Positions 27,369 to 30,901 of a DNA stretch of 30,901 nt are shown here, piece after piece. A program made the translations under genes and the position numbers. Each line of letters opens with the position of its first letter. Within the stretch, counting starts at the first letter, position 1. Origin of the DNA: a virus (lineage: Duplodnaviria > Caudoviricetes); IMG/VR virus record IMGVR_UViG_3300025012_000233, positions 1-30,901 of that record. One strand, 5' to 3'. The notes beneath the pieces are model-generated. The model worked only from the letters and a program-made list of their open reading frames with translations. It made no database searches and was not told where the DNA came from.

Positions 27369-29353
27369 TGGAACTGGGATTAATGCAGAATGGAGGGATG
27401 GGAAAGAATGGAGGATTGGTACTGCCTAGGGATGGGTTGGTTGGTTGCTGGTTGGAAAAAAATGGGATGATTGATAGTATCGGCATATCGGGCAGAGCGG
27501 TAAAGCCGAAGTATCATCTCCTTGGCGACAACACCGGCTATCTCTCTGGCACCGTTGCGGCAGATGTAACCGTTGTCTCAAAGGAGGGCACTGCCGCCGT
27601 AACTATCCCCTCCGCAAATCGTATAAATGTTGGCGTCGGAACCCTGTGGAGCCTGCTATTGAGCAATGGGAGTCGCTATGAACTACCCACGATGACCAGT
27701 GCCACAACCGCCGTGATGTATGATGTAAGCGGCAACGGCAGACACCTCACCCTCACAGGCTACACTCTTGCAACGGCGGTTGTCGAGTCGCTGACTACTG
27801 GCTCGGATTGGCTAAACCAAATCGGCTGGACGATGCACCAGAACTCGCTCTATCCGTCTCTTGATCTGTCGGCATGGGCCAAGGGAGCGGTTGTAAATAC
27901 GCTCACTCACTCCGCTGGCGTCACCACGGCAACGTTTATCGCAGGGACCGGCACCGCCAGGATTCGCCCGAGTTCTACCGCAACAACTATAGGGCTATAC
28001 TCTGGATATGCAAAATTTCGAGCGACAAATCACCGATATGTAGGTGTACGGCTTTTTTGCATCAACCCCTACATCGGGACTGCACCTTATCTTGTTGTTG
28101 ATACTGTTTGGAAAAAGGTAGTTTTTGCAGTTGCCACAGCGTCAAATGTTGCCATCTCCTGGGACGATGACAACTGGTTCACCCTCGTTTACACCTATGA
28201 CAACCTCACGGATTCCGCCAAATATTTTCAAATCGGCCTGACAGACTATCTCGGAAACGAGTCGATCGCCGCAACAGGAAACGAGACCCTTGAGGTTGCT
28301 GGCGCTGGGTGGGTCAAGGACGATTGGATTCATTTTTACCCTGCGGTTTCTGCCGCGATCAATGCGACAGTGCCTGCAACTGCAAACGGTGTTTCCGCGC
28401 TTGACGGCAGCAGTGCAAACACGAACGCATGGAGCATTAAAACCCTGTCGAAAGATATCTCCTCTTGGGGCGATTCCCATACCATGGGCAACCGGTGGGA
28501 TCTTGGAATTTACCCGCGCCTGCTGGCGTTTAATACCCCTGGCCGAACTGTTTTTAATGGCGGTTATGGCGGGCAGGGCGGTGAATATATCCTCTCACAA
28601 ATGGCACTTTATCCTGAAAAATATGGAGATATCTCTGTTTTATGGTTGTGCAATAACGATATTCAGGATTCTGGTGACGCCGCGATCATACAGGACAATA
28701 TCTTGTTTTTTATTGAGTCGGCAGTTGAATGGGTAGTCGGCGCTGGCGGGCAGTATGTCGTCTTAACGCTGGTACCCAACAACGTCCGCATAATTGGCAC
28801 GTTTGGCGGTGATCTCATAACGTCTGTAAATAACGCGATCATCGCCACCTACCCCAATAACCACATCGACATTCGCACCGAGCTACAGGCGTATGGTGAC
28901 GGGTCCGCTGATGACCTGGCTGATATCGCAAACGGCCTAGTCCCCCGCTCTCTTCGTTTGGCCTACGACAACGTCCACCATAACCACAAAGGTAATTCGA
29001 TTGTAGCTGGGATCGTGTGGGATTTTATCAACACGAACCTCTCTCCGCTTGGGCTGCAAAAGGATTATGTCGGTGGAGCAGGCAGGGTCAAATACTCGCT
29101 GCTAGGCGTAGATGGTGCCTACTATTGGCCATCTGCTCCCGACATCATCGCCGTGACCGGAGTGGACAATGCAGTTTATAACGCTGACGGCAGCGGAAAA
29201 ACGTTCACCACTCAGGCACTCGCCCTGGCCGCCCTCGCATCACTGGCAGACGACGAATATCTATTTGGCGGGATAAAAGCCGCGGTGCTTTACCTAGTCT
29301 CGATGCTCGCAAAAGCGGCAGCGATAAAGCGTGCCGTCGGTGATGCTGCGTGA
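27368..29353 (+). CDS. tail spike/fibre with SGNH/GDSL esterase domain
   Basis: Blocks WGDSHTMG, GYGGQ, LCNND and DNVHHN, preceded by a carbohydrate-binding-like beta domain. Confidence 0.85.
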   Translation: MELGLMQNGGMGKNGGLVLPRDGLVGCWLEKNGMIDSIGISGRAVKPKYHLLGDNTGYLSGTVAADVTVVSKEGTAAVTIPSANRINVGVGTLWSLLLSNGSRYELPTMTSATTAVMYDVSGNGRHLTLTGYTLATAVVESLTTGSDWLNQIGWTMHQNSLYPSLDLSAWAKGAVVNTLTHSAGVTTATFIAGTGTARIRPSSTATTIGLYSGYAKFRATNHRYVGVRLFCINPYIGTAPYLVVDTVWKKVVFAVATASNVAISWDDDNWFTLVYTYDNLTDSAKYFQIGLTDYLGNESIAATGNETLEVAGAGWVKDDWIHFYPAVSAAINATVPATANGVSALDGSSANTNAWSIKTLSKDISSWGDSHTMGNRWDLGIYPRLLAFNTPGRTVFNGGYGGQGGEYILSQMALYPEKYGDISVLWLCNNDIQDSGDAAIIQDNILFFIESAVEWVVGAGGQYVVLTLVPNNVRIIGTFGGDLITSVNNAIIATYPNNHIDIRTELQAYGDGSADDLADIANGLVPRSLRLAYDNVHHNHKGNSIVAGIVWDFINTNLSPLGLQKDYVGGAGRVKYSLLGVDGAYYWPSAPDIIAVTGVDNAVYNADGSGKTFTTQALALAALASLADDEYLFGGIKAAVLYLVSMLAKAAAIKRAVGDAA

Positions 29354-29436
29354 TTGCCGAATCGATAAACATCAGCATGGTTGTCGTAACAATTCTGACT
29401 GCCATGATTTGGCGTCAGCTTCTGCGGCGACCGTGA
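29350..29436 (+). CDS. possible 28-aa membrane peptide (MIAESINISMVVVTILTAMIWRQLLRRP)
   Basis: GTGA overlap with the spike stop; hydrophobic core and basic tail. Confidence 0.35.
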   Translation: MIAESINISMVVVTILTAMIWRQLLRRP

Positions 29437-29489
29437 CTGATAAGAAACTATTATCAATCATTTAACATTAAACTATACGGAGGTTTAAA

Positions 29490-30023
29490 ATGTGGAAAAG
29501 TCTTTTACTTAGCTGTATCTTTGTTATACTCTTAGCCGGATGCGGGGATAGTGGAATTATGAACATCACAAAACTTCCTGTGTCAGATGAAACAGTGCTG
29601 GGAATTGCCGGGAATGTGAAGGACGCGAGTGTGCAGAAGGAGATAGTGGTGCATCAGACGCTGCAGAAAAGAGATGCAATGTATGCGAAGATGTATAAAG
29701 AATCTGGATTCTCTGTGGAGTTTGAACTGGTGGAGGTATCTCCAGGGATGAAGGTGCAAGTTATGAAGAAGGTGCAGTTTAGAGAAGCGCCGAAGTTTGA
29801 TTCGCATCTACCAACCGCTCCTTCAGAGCATCCAATGTGGGGAGTGTTGAAGAGTACGATAAAGGATGCGAAGGAAGGATTTATGTTTTATACTGGGATT
29901 CAGGCGTTGGATAGTATTCTCGGGAAGAGCTTAGATTCTGCTCAGCCGAAGTATTATGGAGATTATAATCCACAGACAGCTGCACCATATGTTGTTTATC
30001 CTGAAATCGTGACAGTCCCATGA
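29490..30023 (+). CDS. lipoprotein, possibly spanin-like
   Basis: Signal peptide with lipobox LLAGC; GGAGG RBS; begins the lysis-type cluster. Confidence 0.75.
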   Translation: MWKSLLLSCIFVILLAGCGDSGIMNITKLPVSDETVLGIAGNVKDASVQKEIVVHQTLQKRDAMYAKMYKESGFSVEFELVEVSPGMKVQVMKKVQFREAPKFDSHLPTAPSEHPMWGVLKSTIKDAKEGFMFYTGIQALDSILGKSLDSAQPKYYGDYNPQTAAPYVVYPEIVTVP

Positions 30024-30109
30024 AACCCTTAGTTATAACCTTGACAGTTAAGATAGAGACTGTTAAGGTTATCTTGAAGAGATTATTACAGAGGCTTAGG
30101 ATTATATGA
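30020..30109 (+). CDS. 29-aa basic amphipathic peptide (MKPLVITLTVKIETVKVILKRLLQRLRII)
   Basis: ATGA overlaps at both ends bridge the lipoprotein and PLA2-like genes exactly. Confidence 0.55.
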   Translation: MKPLVITLTVKIETVKVILKRLLQRLRII

Positions 30110-30387
30110 AAGACTACTGCTCACTAAGTCCAGATAATCCATTCGGATATGACATCTCTTTCTGATGAGCGCTGCATGACGAAGGGTATGAGAGACAGGA
30201 TCGGGATAGGTTGGAAGTGGATCTTGATTTTAAACTCTGACTCGAACGTGCAAGCAATCAGGAGATTGCTAAGGTGTATTATGATTTTGTAAGGTTGTTT
30301 GGGGAGGTTTGGTGGATTCGTGTAAGGATGATTAAATGGTATAGGGAAAGGAGGAAGAAAGATGGAAAAGCTGGTTTTGTTTTTTAG
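30106..30387 (+). CDS. phospholipase A2-like protein with three in-frame UGA codons at Cys positions (putative selenoprotein, 93 aa)
   Basis: MKDYCSLSPDNPFGYDISF-U-U-ALHDEGY...RLEVDLDFKL-U-LERASNQEIAKVYYDFVRLFGEVWW...; TGA at 30163, 30166 and 30238; ends at TAG 30385-30387. Confidence 0.85.
30253..30270 (+). promoter_or_regulatory. bacterial SECIS-like hairpin AGCAAUC-AGGA-GAUUGCU
   Basis: Perfect 7-bp stem starting 12 nt after UGA 30238-30240; loop 19 nt from the UGA with G at loop position 2. Confidence 0.65.
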
Positions 30388-30613
30388 AGTTATGAAGGCG
30401 GGGGAAGAGGTGGCGGACCCGACGAAGTGGAAGAATGTACAGGCGATGGCTATTGCGTTGCTGATGATTTTGAAGGGAGTGCTTGGGTATGTGTTCCCGG
30501 ACTTGAAGATTGAGGATCAGTTTTATCAGTACCTCGCTGATGGAATTTCATACCTGCTTGGGGCGGTGGCAGTGTATCTCACATATGCAACCTCGAAGAG
30601 GGCTGGGGTGTAG
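30362..30613 (+). CDS. holin-like protein with two transmembrane segments
   Basis: 83 aa, two hydrophobic helices, VADPTKWK and ATSKRAG motifs, AAGGAGG RBS. Confidence 0.7.
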   Translation: MEKLVLFFRVMKAGEEVADPTKWKNVQAMAIALLMILKGVLGYVFPDLKIEDQFYQYLADGISYLLGAVAVYLTYATSKRAGV

Positions 30614-30615
30614 GG

Positions 30616-30900
30616 ATGGAGATACGGAACACGCGGAGGTATCTGACAGATGAAGACGCGGAGGCAATTGCTACGGCGTTCGCGAAACAGCAGCAACATG
30701 CCTGCAGGTTCCATGATATTGATAGAGATAGGATGATGGGAGCGATAACTACCTCGGAACATATTGAAGCAGTGACGAAGGAGATAGGTAGTGCTGTACG
30801 GGTTACGCTGGTGAAGGGAGGATTATGGGCGGTAGGGGTGTTGCTGTTTGTGGGGTTGATGGTGAAGTTGAGGGAGTGGTTGAAGCTTCCGATACCTTGA
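30616..30900 (+). CDS. single-TM membrane protein, lysis-cassette associated
   Basis: 94 aa; LTDEDAEAIA..CRF soluble part and a C-terminal hydrophobic helix. Confidence 0.65.
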   Translation: MEIRNTRRYLTDEDAEAIATAFAKQQQHACRFHDIDRDRMMGAITTSEHIEAVTKEIGSAVRVTLVKGGLWAVGVLLFVGLMVKLREWLKLPIP

Positions 30901-30901
30901 A

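Noticed and set aside
30106-30387. Simple pseudogene, or genome-wide UGA reassignment (code 4 or 25)
   Set aside because: All three stops are TGA at expected Cys positions with no frameshift or other decay. Trp and Gly use normal codons, and many genes end in TGA with ATGA coupling. A pseudogene is not formally excluded without homolog data.

Overview
A 30.9-kb segment of a tailed dsDNA phage with podovirus-like head genes. Bases 1-3.8 kb hold short leftward early-type genes behind sigma70-like promoters. They surround a ~420-bp imperfect palindrome with a T38-ATATAT-A8 core, a candidate replication origin. After a non-coding switch region (3.8-4.4 kb), one rightward late operon runs to the end: DUF5662, a ParB-like protein, probable TerS, TerL, P22-like portal, scaffold, N4-gp56-type major capsid, two decoration-like proteins, adaptor/tail genes, ejection-type proteins (one of 1569 aa), an SGNH-esterase tail spike/fibre and a lysis-type cassette. 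The main finding is a gene missing from the ORF track at 30106-30387. It encodes a phospholipase-A2-like protein (C..CCxxHD..D..C..Y..VRxFG pattern) in which three of the four expected Cys codons are in-frame TGA, two of them consecutive. A bacterial SECIS-like hairpin follows the third TGA, while TGA is an ordinary stop elsewhere in the window. This suggests a phage-encoded selenoprotein, or gene-specific UGA->Cys recoding, inside the lysis module. A 15-bp palindrome, CGTGAAAwTTTCACG, recurs at four intergenic sites. All family assignments are from motif recognition by eye; no searches were run.
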